Positions 1 through 9,919 of a stretch of 64,000 bases of DNA are shown here, in pieces. The stretch is from contig JAIXPH010000002.1 in assembly GCA_027486345.1 (NCBI GenBank), positions 23,851 through 87,850 on the forward strand. Reading direction: 5' to 3'. The stretch is from Paracoccaceae bacterium (lineage in GTDB: Bacteria; Pseudomonadota; Alphaproteobacteria; Rhodobacterales; Rhodobacteraceae). Below the pieces are notes generated by a model, which did not search any database, was not told where the DNA came from, and saw only the letters and a program-made list of their open reading frames with translations. A program made the translations under genes and the position numbers. The stretch's first letter is position 1, and every line of letters begins with the position of its first letter.

Positions 1-34
1 GTGTGCATTTTGTTCAAAGCAGAGGGAGGCATCG

Positions 35-1072
35 GTGAAAGCAGCAATTCTACAAGCCCCGAATCATATGCATCTTGGCGTCGCCGCCGATCCTGTCACC
101 GAACCGGGGGATCTGATTCTGCGCGTGAAGGCCGCCACGATCTGTGGCACGGACATCCGCGTCTATCGCGGGCGCAAGACCGCCGGCATCCGTTACCCCT
201 CGATCATCGGACATGAGTTTTCCGGTGAAGTGGTGGCGACACACGGACCCTCGCCGTTCACGCCGGGCCAGCGCGTGGGGGTCTGTCCGGCGATTCCCTG
301 CGGGCATTGCGCGCAATGCCTGCGCGGGCGGGAAAACCTCTGCCCCGACCTTCAGGCCATCGGATATGAGATTGACGGCGCTTTCGCGGAACTGATCCGC
401 ATCCCGGCGCGGGCGGTGGAGCTGGGCAATGTCCATCTGCTGCCCGACCATGTCAGCCACGAAGAGGCGGCGATGGCCGAACCCTTGGCCTGCGTGCTGA
501 ACGGACAGAACAAGGTGTCCTTGCGCCAAGGCGATACGGTGGTGATTCTGGGCGCGGGACCGATTGGGACGCTGCATGTCAAACTCGCCCGCCTGCGCGG
601 CGCGGCGCGGGTGATCGTGTCCGAACCCAACGCCGCCCGCCGCGCCGCGGCGCTGGAGGCGGGGGCCGATGTGGTGACCGACCCCACGGCGGGCGACCTG
701 CGCCAGTCGATCCTGAATGAAACCCGGGGTCTGGGGGCCGATGTGGTGATCTGCGCCATCGGCATCCCTGCGCTGGCGACACAGGCCGTCAGCCTTGCCG
801 CCAAGGGCGGGCGCGTCAGCCTGTTCGCCGGGTTCTCAAAGGGTGAGATGGGCAATCTGGACGTCAACGCCATCCATTACGAAGAGCTGCGCCTGACCGG
901 GGCCTTTGGCCTATCGCGCAAGGATTACGAGGATTCGCTGAACATGATCGCCGATGGCCGCATCGACCTGCGCCAGATGGTGACACATCGCTATGGCCTG
1001 AGCGACGTGGATGCCGCATTCTCGATGGCGGAAAGTGGAGCGGCCATGAAGGTGGCAATCGCAGATGCCTGA
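35..1072 (+). CDS. Zn-dependent medium-chain alcohol/polyol dehydrogenase
   Basis: 345-aa ORF with a GTG start at 35 and AGAGGGAGG just upstream. The translation shows GHEFSGEV (catalytic Zn region) and GAGPIG (Rossmann), as in sorbitol/threonine/butanediol dehydrogenase-type MDR enzymes. Confidence 0.85.
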   Translation: MKAAILQAPNHMHLGVAADPVTEPGDLILRVKAATICGTDIRVYRGRKTAGIRYPSIIGHEFSGEVVATHGPSPFTPGQRVGVCPAIPCGHCAQCLRGRENLCPDLQAIGYEIDGAFAELIRIPARAVELGNVHLLPDHVSHEEAAMAEPLACVLNGQNKVSLRQGDTVVILGAGPIGTLHVKLARLRGAARVIVSEPNAARRAAALEAGADVVTDPTAGDLRQSILNETRGLGADVVICAIGIPALATQAVSLAAKGGRVSLFAGFSKGEMGNLDVNAIHYEELRLTGAFGLSRKDYEDSLNMIADGRIDLRQMVTHRYGLSDVDAAFSMAESGAAMKVAIADA

Positions 1073-2657
1073 GATCGCCGAATATGATGTTGTGATCCTT
1101 GGCGCGGGGATCAATGGCTGCGGCACCTTCCGCGATCTGGCCTTGCAGGGCCTGCGGGTCTTGTTGCTGGAGCGGGGCGATTTCTGCCAAGGGGCCTCGG
1201 CCGCGTCCTCGCGTCTGATGCATGGCGGGTTGAAGTATCTGGAAACCGGCGAGTTCCGGCTGGTCAAGGAATCCCTGACCGAGCGCAACATGCTGCTGGC
1301 CACCGCGCCGCATTATGTGCACCCCTTGGAATGCGTGGTGCCGGTGCGGTCGGTCTGGGGCGGGATCATGGGTTCTGCCGCGCGGTTCCTTGGCCTGAAG
1401 GCCAAACTCGACGACCGGGGATGGCTGATCACGGCGCTGGGGCTGCGGCTTTATGATCTTTACGGTCGCGCGCTGAAGGCGATGCCGGATCACCGGATGC
1501 TGGGCCGCAATGGCTTGCGCCGTCTTTTGCCCGACCTGTCGGCGGCGCTGTCCGGGGCGGGGATCTATTACGAGGGCCAGTTATCCCATGCCGAACGGCT
1601 GGGGCTGGAACTGGTGCTGGATGCCGAGGCGGCAAATCCCGCCGCCCGCGCGTTCAATCATGCCGAACTGACCGGCGTTTCGGGCGATGTGCTGACATGG
1701 CGCGATGCGGCGGGGCGGCTGTCGCAGGCACGGGCACGGGTGGTGGTGAATGCAGGTGGGGCGTGGATCGACGCGGTGAACGCGCGGCTTGGCATTCCGT
1801 CGCGTCTGATGGGCGGCAGTCGGGGATCGCATCTGATCGTGGATCATCCCGCGCTGCTGAAGGCGCTGGACGGGCGGATGATCTATTTCGGCACGCCGGA
1901 TGGGCGGGTGAACCTGATCTACCCCTTCATGGGCAAGGTGCTGGTGGGGGCCACCGATATCGCGCAGGCCGACCCCGATACGGCGGTCTGTTCTGCGGAT
2001 GAACAGGCCTATCTCTGCGCCGCCGTCGCCGAAGTCTTCCCCGATCTGCCGATGCGGGCCGAACATGTCGTCCACCGGTTCTGCGGTGTGCGCCCCCTGC
2101 CCCGTGCGGATGGTCCCATCGGCGCGGTGACGCGGGATCATTCCATCGCCTCGCTGACGCTGCCCGGCACCACCGTGCCGGTGCATTGCCTGATCGGCGG
2201 CAAATGGACCACCTTCCGCGCCTTTGCCGAAGTGGCGACGGACTGCGTGCTGGCCGATCTGGGGCGGACGCGGCGGGTCACCACACGCGGTCTGGCCATT
2301 GGCGGCGGGCGGGATTTCCCGCGCGACGGGCAGGCGCGGCGAGAGTATGTGACAAAACTCGCGCTGATGGGCGGTATCACGCCCGCGCGGGCCGAGGCGC
2401 TGTTGTCGCGTTACGGCACCCGCGCCTTGCCCTTTTGCGCCACCCTGCGCGGGCGCAGCGAGACGATGCTGACTGAGGCCCCCGACCACAGCGTTGAGGA
2501 AATTCGCCACATTGCCGCGACTGAAAAGGTCGGCGGGCTGGACGATATCCTCTACCGCAGGACGCTTATCGGGCTGCTGGGCGGGGATAGTCCCGCCTTA
2601 CGCGCCGAACTGGCCTCGGTGCTGGAAGGGGCGCCCGAACGGCGCGAAAGCGCATGA
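1065..2657 (+). CDS. FAD-dependent glycerol-3-phosphate dehydrogenase-like oxidoreductase (GlpD/EryB-like)
   Basis: 530-aa ORF with an N-terminal YDVVILGAGINGCG dinucleotide-binding motif. Its ATG overlaps the upstream stop (ATGCCTGA), indicating an operon with the ADH. Confidence 0.8.
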   Translation: MPEIAEYDVVILGAGINGCGTFRDLALQGLRVLLLERGDFCQGASAASSRLMHGGLKYLETGEFRLVKESLTERNMLLATAPHYVHPLECVVPVRSVWGGIMGSAARFLGLKAKLDDRGWLITALGLRLYDLYGRALKAMPDHRMLGRNGLRRLLPDLSAALSGAGIYYEGQLSHAERLGLELVLDAEAANPAARAFNHAELTGVSGDVLTWRDAAGRLSQARARVVVNAGGAWIDAVNARLGIPSRLMGGSRGSHLIVDHPALLKALDGRMIYFGTPDGRVNLIYPFMGKVLVGATDIAQADPDTAVCSADEQAYLCAAVAEVFPDLPMRAEHVVHRFCGVRPLPRADGPIGAVTRDHSIASLTLPGTTVPVHCLIGGKWTTFRAFAEVATDCVLADLGRTRRVTTRGLAIGGGRDFPRDGQARREYVTKLALMGGITPARAEALLSRYGTRALPFCATLRGRSETMLTEAPDHSVEEIRHIAATEKVGGLDDILYRRTLIGLLGGDSPALRAELASVLEGAPERRESA

Positions 2658-3622
2658 ACATCCGGGGACGTCCGCCCGCCGCCGATGCCGAGGCAGGGCG
2701 CAGGCGATCCTCGCGGCTCCGGCTGCGGGTGGCGTGGATGTATTACGCCGAGGATATGACCCAAGGGGCCATTGCCGAAAAGCTGGGCATCGGGCGGGTC
2801 ACCGTGACGCGCCTCTTGGCCGATGCGCGGGCGATGCATGAAGTGTCGATCGCGCTGTCGCGTGAGATCGCCGAACTGCCCCGTCTGGAACTGGCGCTGG
2901 AACAGCGCTTCGGCCTGCGCGAGGCCATCGTTGCCCCGCTGTCCGACCCCGCCGCCGATCCCACCGTCGCCATCGGCGCGGCCACCGGCGATTTTCTGGG
3001 CGGATTCATGCGCCCCGAAACCCGCATCGGTGTGGGCTGGGGGCGGACGCTGCACAGCTCGCTCGATTTTGTCGAAGGCGGGCAGGCCGATGCCGTCGTC
3101 TCGCTTCTGGGAGGGATATCGGCGGTGGAGCATTACAACCCCGCCGAATTCGCCTGGGCTTTCGCGCGGATGTTCAAGGCCCGCTGCTGGCTGGTCGCCG
3201 CCCCTGCCATCGTGGATGACGCTGACACCAAGCGGCGGCTGATCGACCATTGCGGCATCGGTGAATCCTTTGCCATGACCGACACGGTCGATGCGGTGCT
3301 GCTGTCCACCGGCGGGTTGTCGATGCGCGCCACCGGCAATGCCGACCCGTTTTCCGCCAGCGTGCGCGCGGAACTGGCTGCGGCCGGGGCGGTGGGCAAT
3401 CTGCTGTACAACTTCTTTGACGCGCAGGGGCGGCTGGTCAATCACCCGCTGAACCAACGCGTCATGAGCGCCCCGATCCCTGCCCTTTGCCGCGCGCGGG
3501 AACGTATCCTCGCCTCGGGCGGGGCTGACAAGATCGCGGCCCTGCGCGGGGCCATCGCGCTGGTGCGCCCCACGGTGCTGATCACCGACGAGGTGACGGC
3601 AGAGTCGCTGCTGGACGCCTGA
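2654..3622 (+). CDS. SorC-family sugar-binding transcriptional regulator (EryD/DeoR-like)
   Basis: 322-aa ORF with an ATGA overlap onto the upstream stop. It has an N-terminal HTH (VAWMYYAEDMTQGAIAEKLGIGRVTVTRLL) followed by a sugar-phosphate-binding-type domain. Confidence 0.8.
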   Translation: MNIRGRPPAADAEAGRRRSSRLRLRVAWMYYAEDMTQGAIAEKLGIGRVTVTRLLADARAMHEVSIALSREIAELPRLELALEQRFGLREAIVAPLSDPAADPTVAIGAATGDFLGGFMRPETRIGVGWGRTLHSSLDFVEGGQADAVVSLLGGISAVEHYNPAEFAWAFARMFKARCWLVAAPAIVDDADTKRRLIDHCGIGESFAMTDTVDAVLLSTGGLSMRATGNADPFSASVRAELAAAGAVGNLLYNFFDAQGRLVNHPLNQRVMSAPIPALCRARERILASGGADKIAALRGAIALVRPTVLITDEVTAESLLDA

Positions 3623-3643
3623 CCCACCCTAACCGGAGATGGA

Positions 3644-3678
3644 ACGCCCCGCCCCTGTTGCGGGGCGTGCTGCATTTT
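3644..3678 (+). terminator. Intrinsic terminator after the SorC-family gene
   Basis: ACGCCCCGC (3644-3652) pairs with GCGGGGCGT (3660-3668) across a 7-nt loop. A TTTT run lies at 3675-3678, 22 nt after the stop codon. Confidence 0.6.
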
Positions 3679-3725
3679 GCCATGCCGCGCACGTTACATT
3701 CTAAGTGAACATTTTTAGTTTGTGT

Positions 3726-3754
3726 TTGACAAAAGATCACTTCGCGCATTAGAT
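3726..3754 (+). promoter_or_regulatory. Candidate sigma70-type promoter with overlapping AGATCAC direct repeats
   Basis: TTGACA (3726-3731), 17-nt spacer, TTAGAT (3749-3754), in a locally AT-rich gap about 80 nt upstream of the 3834 start. AGATCAC occurs twice (3734-3740 and 3751-3757), a possible operator. Confidence 0.4.
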
Positions 3755-3833
3755 CACCTCAAGCCCGCCGATCCCGATGGCCCGAGTCTCTCGCCGCCTT
3801 CGTGCATCGGCCCTGCATCGAGAGGAGGATTTC

Positions 3834-5168
3834 ATGCCCATCAATGTCGCCCCCACCGGCCTTGCCCGCGACCTGCGCGAACGCGCCGCAACCGGGCGTC
3901 CCGTCCGCATCGGCCTGATCGGCTCGGGTGAGATGGGCACGGATATCGTCGCGCGTGTCGCCCATATGGAAGGCATCGAAATCGGCGCGATTTCCGAACT
4001 GAACCCGGTCAACGCGCACAAGGCGGTGGACATCGCCTTCCGCGAAAAGGGCCATTCGCGCGATGCATCCAGCGCCGACAGCGTCAATGCCGCGATCGAG
4101 GCGGGCAAGATCGCCGTCACCTCGGACGCCAATGCCATCCTGAACTCCGGCCTGATCGACGTGGTGATTGATGCCACGGGCATTCCCGCCGTGGGCGCAG
4201 AGATTGGACTGCGCGCGATGGAGCACGGCAAGCATCTGGTGATGATGAATGTCGAGGCCGACGTCACCATCGGCGCTTACCTGAAATCCGAAGCCGACCG
4301 TCTGGGGGTGACCTATAGCCTTGGTGCAGGGGATGAGCCGTCCTCCTGCATGGAACTGATCGAATTCGTCTCTGCCATGGGTCACCGCATCGTTGCGGCG
4401 GGCAAGGGCAAGAACAACCCGCTGAACATCGACGCCACCCCGCCTGCATATGAGGAAGAGGCGATCCGCCGTCACATGAACGTGCGGATGCTGGTGGAAT
4501 TCGTGGACGGATCAAAGACGATGGTGGAAATGGCCGCCATTGCCAATGCGACCGGCCTTGTCCCCGATGTCGCCGGGATGCACGGACCGGCGGCGACGCT
4601 GGACCAGTTGAACAAAGTGCTGATCCCCAAGGCCGATGGCGGCGTGCTGAACCGTGTCGGCGTGGTCGATTACTCCATCGGCAAGGGTGTGGCCCCCGGT
4701 GTGTTTGTCGTCGCCGAAATGGACCACCCGCGCATCTGGGAGCGGATGGAAGACCTGAAGATGGGCAAGGGCCCCTACTTCACCTTCCACCGCCCCTATC
4801 ACCTGACCAGCCTTGAGGTGCCGCTGACCTGCGCCCGCGTGGTTCTGTACGGCAAGCCCGACATGGTGCCGCTGGCCAAACCGGTGGCCGAGGTTTGCGC
4901 TGTGGCGAAGAAGGACATGGCCGTGGGCGAACGGTTGGATCAGATTGGCGAGTTTTGCTACCGCGCCTGGGTCATGGAAACCGCCGTCGCGCGGGCCGAT
5001 GGCGCGATCCCCTGCGGCCTGCTCGCCGGTGGCACCGTCACCGCACCGATCCGCAAGGGAGAGTTGATCACCTATGCCAATGCCAAGCCCGCCGACGGCA
5101 GCCGCATCGCCGCTCTGCGCGCGCGTCAGGACGAGTTGGTTTACGGGGTGAAGGAGGCGGCGGAATGA
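3834..5168 (+). CDS. NAD(P)-binding oxidoreductase with C-terminal SAF domain (homoserine-dehydrogenase-like, COG4091-type)
   Basis: I chose the ATG at 3834, preceded by GAGAGGAGGA, over the longer ORF start at 3777. The N-terminus has IGLIGSGEMG (Rossmann). The family call is from overall sequence recall only. Confidence 0.65.
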   Translation: MPINVAPTGLARDLRERAATGRPVRIGLIGSGEMGTDIVARVAHMEGIEIGAISELNPVNAHKAVDIAFREKGHSRDASSADSVNAAIEAGKIAVTSDANAILNSGLIDVVIDATGIPAVGAEIGLRAMEHGKHLVMMNVEADVTIGAYLKSEADRLGVTYSLGAGDEPSSCMELIEFVSAMGHRIVAAGKGKNNPLNIDATPPAYEEEAIRRHMNVRMLVEFVDGSKTMVEMAAIANATGLVPDVAGMHGPAATLDQLNKVLIPKADGGVLNRVGVVDYSIGKGVAPGVFVVAEMDHPRIWERMEDLKMGKGPYFTFHRPYHLTSLEVPLTCARVVLYGKPDMVPLAKPVAEVCAVAKKDMAVGERLDQIGEFCYRAWVMETAVARADGAIPCGLLAGGTVTAPIRKGELITYANAKPADGSRIAALRARQDELVYGVKEAAE

Positions 5169-6169
5169 TCGTTCAGGACAATATCCCCTTTGCCATCCGC
5201 CACTTCGCGCCCGCCCAGTTGCGTGAGGCGCTGCGGAAGATGCATCTCATCCGCCTGTTCGAGGAAGGGGCCGAAGAAAGCTACATGCGCGGCCTGATCC
5301 ACGGCACGATGCACCTCTCCATCGGGCAAGAGGCCAGCGCCGTTGCCACCTGCATGGAACTGACCGACGCCGACAAGATCACCTCCACCCATCGCGGCCA
5401 CGGCCATTGCATCGCCAAGGGTGCGGATGTGGGCCGGATGTTTGCCGAGTTCTTCGGCAAAGAGACCGGCTATTGCCACGGGCGCGGCGGGTCGATGCAC
5501 ATCGCGGATGTGAAAACCGGCAACCTTGGAGCCAATGGCATCGTCGGCGGCGGTCTGCCCATCGCCGTGGGGGCGGCGCTGACCGCTAAACGGTTGGGGC
5601 GTGATGACGTCACCGTCTGTTTCTTTGGCGATGGCGCCAACAACGAAGGCGCCTTCCACGAGGCGCTGAACATGGCCGCGATCTGGAAACTACCGGTCAT
5701 TTTCGTCTGTGAAAACAACAAATACGGCATGTCCACCCCTGCGACCTATGCCACCGCCGTCCCAAACATCGCGGACCGCGCGGCGGCCTATTCCATGCCG
5801 GGGGTGACGGTGGACGGCAACGACTTCTCTGCCGTGGCCGAGGCTTTGCACATCGCCATTGCCCGTGCGCGGGCAGGCGAAGGCCCGTCTCTGGTGGAAA
5901 ACCTGACCTATCGCTGGCGCGGGCATTCCAAATCCGACCGCAACCGCTATCGCACCAAGGACGAGATCGAGGATTGGATGTCGCGCGACCCCATCGCCCG
6001 CTTCCGCGCCGAATTGATCGCGCATGGCGTGCTGGATGCCGCCGGGGCCGAGGCGGTTGAGGCCGAGGCGAAACAGGCCGTGGCCGATGGTGTGGAGTTC
6101 GCCAAGGCCAGCCCCGCGCCGGGCATCGCCGATGTCACGAAATTCGTCCATGCGGAGGAAGCGGCATGA
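5165..6169 (+). CDS. acoA: Acetoin/2-oxoacid dehydrogenase E1 alpha subunit (TPP-dependent)
   Basis: The start at 5165 forms an ATGA overlap with the upstream stop. A TPP-binding motif GDGANNEG...ENNKYGMST is present. The 90 codons of ORF upstream of 5165 overlap the preceding gene and were rejected. Confidence 0.85.
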   Translation: MIVQDNIPFAIRHFAPAQLREALRKMHLIRLFEEGAEESYMRGLIHGTMHLSIGQEASAVATCMELTDADKITSTHRGHGHCIAKGADVGRMFAEFFGKETGYCHGRGGSMHIADVKTGNLGANGIVGGGLPIAVGAALTAKRLGRDDVTVCFFGDGANNEGAFHEALNMAAIWKLPVIFVCENNKYGMSTPATYATAVPNIADRAAAYSMPGVTVDGNDFSAVAEALHIAIARARAGEGPSLVENLTYRWRGHSKSDRNRYRTKDEIEDWMSRDPIARFRAELIAHGVLDAAGAEAVEAEAKQAVADGVEFAKASPAPGIADVTKFVHAEEAA

Positions 6170-7197
6170 ACGCCCAGACCCAGATCACCGAAGTGACGCC
6201 CAGCGGCGAAACCCGCGAAATGAGCTATGCCGAAGCGATCCGCGACGCGATGGCCATCGCGCTGGACCGCGACCCGACCGTGGTCCTGATGGGCGAGGAT
6301 ATCGGCACCTATGGTGGCGCGTTTCAGGTCACGCTGGACCTGATCGACCGCTACGGCCCCGACCGCGTGATGGACACGCCGATTTCCGAACTCGGCGGCG
6401 CCGGTGTGGCCGTGGGCGCGGCGCTGACCGGGTTGAAGCCGATCTTCGAATTCCAGTTTTCGGACTTCGCCGCGCTGGCAATGGAACAGATCGTCAATCA
6501 GGCCGCCAAGCTGCGCTACATGCTGGGCGGCGAGGCGGCCGTGCCCGTGGTGTTCCGCATGCCCGCAGGCTCTGGCACCGGGGCGGCGGCGCAGCATTCG
6601 CAGTCGTTCGAGGCGTGGTTCGGCCATGTGCCGGGGCTGAAGGTGGTGCAGCCTTCGACCCCTGAAGATGCCAAGGGGCTCTTGCTCGCCGCGCTGGCCG
6701 ATCCCGATCCGGTCATCGTCTTTGAGCACAAGCTCTTGTACAAGATGAAGGGTCAGGTGCCGACGGGCTATTACACCACCCCCATCGGCAAGGCCGCCAT
6801 CCGCCGCACGGGCAGCGACGTGACCATCGTCGCCTCGGCCATCATGGTGCATCGCGCGCTGGAAGCCGCTGCCAAACTGGCCGAGGAAGGGATCGAGGTT
6901 GAGGTGATTGATCTGCGCTCCGTCCGGCCCATCGACCGCGACACGATCATCGCAAGCGTCAAGAAAACCGGCAAACTGCTCTGCGTCTATGAAGGGGTCC
7001 GCACGCTTGGTGTTGGCGCGGAAATCTCGGCCCTGATCGCGGAGAGTGAGGCGTTCGATTACCTCGACGCGCCGATCCAGCGTCTGGGCGGGGCCGAAGC
7101 GCCGATCCCCTATAACCCCGATCTGGAACGCGCCGCCGTCCCGCAAAAGGCCGACATTGAAACCGTCGCGCGCCGTCTGGCCAAGGGCGAGGTCTGA
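6166..7197 (+). CDS. acoB: Acetoin/2-oxoacid dehydrogenase E1 beta subunit
   Basis: 343-aa ORF with an ATGA overlap onto acoA. It shows typical transketolase-like pyrimidine-binding and C-terminal domains (MGEDIG.YGGAF, DLRS..P.D). Confidence 0.85.
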   Translation: MNAQTQITEVTPSGETREMSYAEAIRDAMAIALDRDPTVVLMGEDIGTYGGAFQVTLDLIDRYGPDRVMDTPISELGGAGVAVGAALTGLKPIFEFQFSDFAALAMEQIVNQAAKLRYMLGGEAAVPVVFRMPAGSGTGAAAQHSQSFEAWFGHVPGLKVVQPSTPEDAKGLLLAALADPDPVIVFEHKLLYKMKGQVPTGYYTTPIGKAAIRRTGSDVTIVASAIMVHRALEAAAKLAEEGIEVEVIDLRSVRPIDRDTIIASVKKTGKLLCVYEGVRTLGVGAEISALIAESEAFDYLDAPIQRLGGAEAPIPYNPDLERAAVPQKADIETVARRLAKGEV

Positions 7198-7198
7198 G

Positions 7199-8536
7199 AT
7201 GCCCACCGAAGTCATCATGCCCAAGGTGGACATGGACATGGCCACGGGCACGCTCGCCGTCTGGCATGTCGCCGAGGGTGAGGCGGTGAAGAAGGGCGCG
7301 GCCCTCTTCGACATCGAAACCGACAAGGCCGCGATGGAGGTCGAGGCCCCGGCCTCGGGCATACTGCGCCAGATCCTCGCCCAACCGGGTCAGGTCGTGG
7401 CCGTGGGTAGCCCCGTCGCCTATCTTTATGCGGAAGGTGAGGCCGTGGTGGCCCTGCCCGCAGAAACGCCCTCTGCCGCGCCCGCGGTGGTGGCGGTGGC
7501 GGCCCCTGCGGCGGCACCCGCCGCGCCTGCCGCCACCCCGTCACAGACCGTCGCGCAGGTGGCAAACGGCGCCGCCGACCTGCGTGCCACCCCTGTCGCC
7601 CGCCGTTTGGCGCGCGAGGCGGGGTTGGCGCTGTCGAACCTTCTCGGCAGCGGTCCGCGTGGCCGCATCCAGCGGGCCGATGTGGAAACCGCCTTGGCGC
7701 GGCGTGAAGCCGCCGCTCTTGCGGCATCCGCGCCGGTCTTTGCCCCGGCGGTGCAGGCCGCCCCTGATGAGTGGACCGCCCAACCCGGCGATCTGCATGT
7801 CACGACGCGCAAGGGCACGGGCACGCCCCTTGTGCTGATCCACGGCTTTGCGGCGGATTCGACCGGATGGATGGCGCTGGAACGCGCCCTGCCCCGCGAT
7901 CTGCCGCTGATCCGCATCGACCTGCCGTCGCATGGCCGGTCCCCGCTGCGGCGTCTGTCAGGCTTTGCCGATCTGGCGAAAACGGTGGTGCAGGTGTTTG
8001 ACCGCGTGGCGGAAGGGCCGGTGCATCTGCTGGGCCATAGCCTTGGCGGCGCGGTTGCGCTGGCGGTATCGGACATCCGCCCGCGTCAGGTGAAAACCCT
8101 GTCGCTGCTGTCGCCTGCGGGCCTTGGCCCCGAAATCGACGGTGCGGCGCTGAACGGCATCGCACGGGCGAGCACCGCCGACAGCCTTGCGCCCTGGCTG
8201 AAACGCCTGACCGCGCGGCCCGATGGCATCAGCCATGACTATGCCAAAGCAGCAATGCTGGCACGGATTGACCCCGATCTGCGCGCCGCGCAGCAAGAGT
8301 GGGCGCAAGTCCTGTTCCCCGATGGCGTGCAGGCCTTTGACCTGACCGCGGCGCTAGAGCGGGTGACTGCACCAACGCTGATGATCTGGGGCCGGGATGA
8401 CCGTATCTTGCCGTGGAAACAGGCGCTTGCGGCACCCGGAGAGGTCGCCTTGCACCTGCTGCGCGGGGTGGGCCATGTGCCGCATATGGAAGACCCCGAC
8501 ACCGTGGCCGCGCTGCTGGGCCGCCACATGAAATGA
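7199..8536 (+). CDS. acoC: AcoC-type E2 component: lipoyl domain + E3-binding domain + alpha/beta-hydrolase-fold domain
   Basis: The start at 7199 is 1 nt after the acoB stop. Domains in order: lipoyl-lysine motif (IETDKAAMEVEA), Ala/Pro linker, peripheral subunit-binding domain (ATPVARRLAREAGL...GSGPRGRI), then an alpha/beta hydrolase with GHSLGG and a C-terminal GHVPH. Confidence 0.8.
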   Translation: MPTEVIMPKVDMDMATGTLAVWHVAEGEAVKKGAALFDIETDKAAMEVEAPASGILRQILAQPGQVVAVGSPVAYLYAEGEAVVALPAETPSAAPAVVAVAAPAAAPAAPAATPSQTVAQVANGAADLRATPVARRLAREAGLALSNLLGSGPRGRIQRADVETALARREAAALAASAPVFAPAVQAAPDEWTAQPGDLHVTTRKGTGTPLVLIHGFAADSTGWMALERALPRDLPLIRIDLPSHGRSPLRRLSGFADLAKTVVQVFDRVAEGPVHLLGHSLGGAVALAVSDIRPRQVKTLSLLSPAGLGPEIDGAALNGIARASTADSLAPWLKRLTARPDGISHDYAKAAMLARIDPDLRAAQQEWAQVLFPDGVQAFDLTAALERVTAPTLMIWGRDDRILPWKQALAAPGEVALHLLRGVGHVPHMEDPDTVAALLGRHMK

Positions 8537-8622
8537 CCCCCGCCGCCCCGTCCGAAAGGCCGGGGCGTTTGGCCTATCGGGGCGAAAATCCCGGTGCTAG
8601 ACTTTCGCCAAGGAGTCACGCC

Positions 8623-9315
8623 ATGCCCAACCGTTCACCCTTTCCGCTGCCGCGCCTCGATGCCGCGCCGATCAAGGACGTGGCGAGGTCCTTGCGCTTT
8701 GTCGCGGAACGCGGGGGCCGCACGCTGAAACAGGCGCTGCCTTTGGACGCCCTGCCGGAACCTGCCGCCCGCTTGGCCGAAGGCGCCTTTGCCACGGTGG
8801 AACGACTGGGCGCGACCGCCGGGCGCGGGGTTTCGGGGCTGGCGCATAGCCTGTTGGACCCGGACGGACCGCCCCCGCCCCTGACCACCGATGCCGCCGA
8901 TGCCGAGGCACGCTTTGCCACGGCCATGCACGCCGGTCTGACCCGCGCGTTGGCCCAACTGGGCGCGACCGAGGCGCTGGTCAGCGAAGCCGCCGCCGAA
9001 CGGGCGTGGCGGCAGGTCATGGCCGCCGGGCCGGGGGCGGATGAGGCCGCCGCCGCCGCCGCGCTGCATCAGGCGTTGCTGGCGGTGGGTGCGGTGCGCG
9101 AAGTGGACTGGCCAGAGGACGCGACCCTGCCGTTGGCTGACGCGCGGGGTCTGGCGCTCTTTGCGGTCTTGCTGGCGATGCAGGGCGATCCCGGCGACTT
9201 TGACAACCGTGTGGCCGCCGCAACCGACATCGCGCTGGCCCTGCGCGCGGACATCGGCACGGCCGATCCGGCCCGTCTGGCGGCCCTGTTCGCGGAATTC
9301 CATGACCATGTCTGA
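8623..9315 (+). CDS. Hypothetical protein (Ala-rich, no recognised domain)
   Basis: ATG at 8623 with AGGAG 7-8 nt upstream. 230 aa with GC-rich third codon positions. Its last 8 nt overlap the next ORF. Confidence 0.55.
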   Translation: MPNRSPFPLPRLDAAPIKDVARSLRFVAERGGRTLKQALPLDALPEPAARLAEGAFATVERLGATAGRGVSGLAHSLLDPDGPPPPLTTDAADAEARFATAMHAGLTRALAQLGATEALVSEAAAERAWRQVMAAGPGADEAAAAAALHQALLAVGAVREVDWPEDATLPLADARGLALFAVLLAMQGDPGDFDNRVAAATDIALALRADIGTADPARLAALFAEFHDHV

Positions 9316-9919
9316 GGTCCAGTCCCCGCCGCTGCCCGCCACGACCGAACCGCTGCGCGTGGCGATCCGCCGCTTGCGCTGGTTCCGGCAGGCCTTTGCG
9401 CGGCAGTTGGAGCAGATCCGCGCCGAATCCGGGCTGACCCTTGCTGTCGATGACCGCAAGCTCGCCCGCATTTTCGTCGACTGGCTGCGTCAGATCGAGG
9501 CGCAGAAACCCCGCGATCCCACCGCACGTCGGGCGTATTTCGATTTCGTCTCGGCGCTGATGCTGCGCGATCTCTTGCGCGATCTCCCGCTGCGGGCAGA
9601 TCCCCTCCCCGCCCATGCCGACACCGCCTTGCCCGAGTATTTCTGGCCCGAAGGCTTTGCCTGCACCCTGTTCTGCCTGAATATCCGCGCGGCCGTGCTG
9701 GAGCAGGAATTCAACGCCGAAACCGCGCTGGCCCCGGTGTTCTTTGACCTGCGAAGCTGGTGGTCCTTCCGGGAAAATGTGGGCAGCGATGCCAATTCTG
9801 CCATGGGGTTCTTTGACGTCTTCACCGGCCAGAACCCGGATTGGCAGATGCCTGACAGCTTTCGCCACCGGCTGGATCGGGCGCTGGCAGGGGCTGGGGC
9901 AGCGGCGGCGCTAGATTAA
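9308..9919 (+). CDS. Hypothetical protein (no recognised domain)
   Basis: The ATG at 9308 overlaps the upstream stop (ATGTCTGA). 203 aa with a non-repetitive composition rich in aromatic residues (WW, FF, FW pairs). Confidence 0.6.
   Translation: MSEVQSPPLPATTEPLRVAIRRLRWFRQAFARQLEQIRAESGLTLAVDDRKLARIFVDWLRQIEAQKPRDPTARRAYFDFVSALMLRDLLRDLPLRADPLPAHADTALPEYFWPEGFACTLFCLNIRAAVLEQEFNAETALAPVFFDLRSWWSFRENVGSDANSAMGFFDVFTGQNPDWQMPDSFRHRLDRALAGAGAAAALD

Noticed and set aside
4895-5164. N-terminal 90-codon extension of the acoA ORF (similarly 7046-7198 for acoC, 8413-8622, 9041-9307, 25891-26613, 50096-50692)
   Set aside because: The extensions overlap the preceding genes or run antisense to them. 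They lack RBS support, whereas internal ATG/GTG starts with an RBS or ATGA-type coupling give proteins of canonical length.
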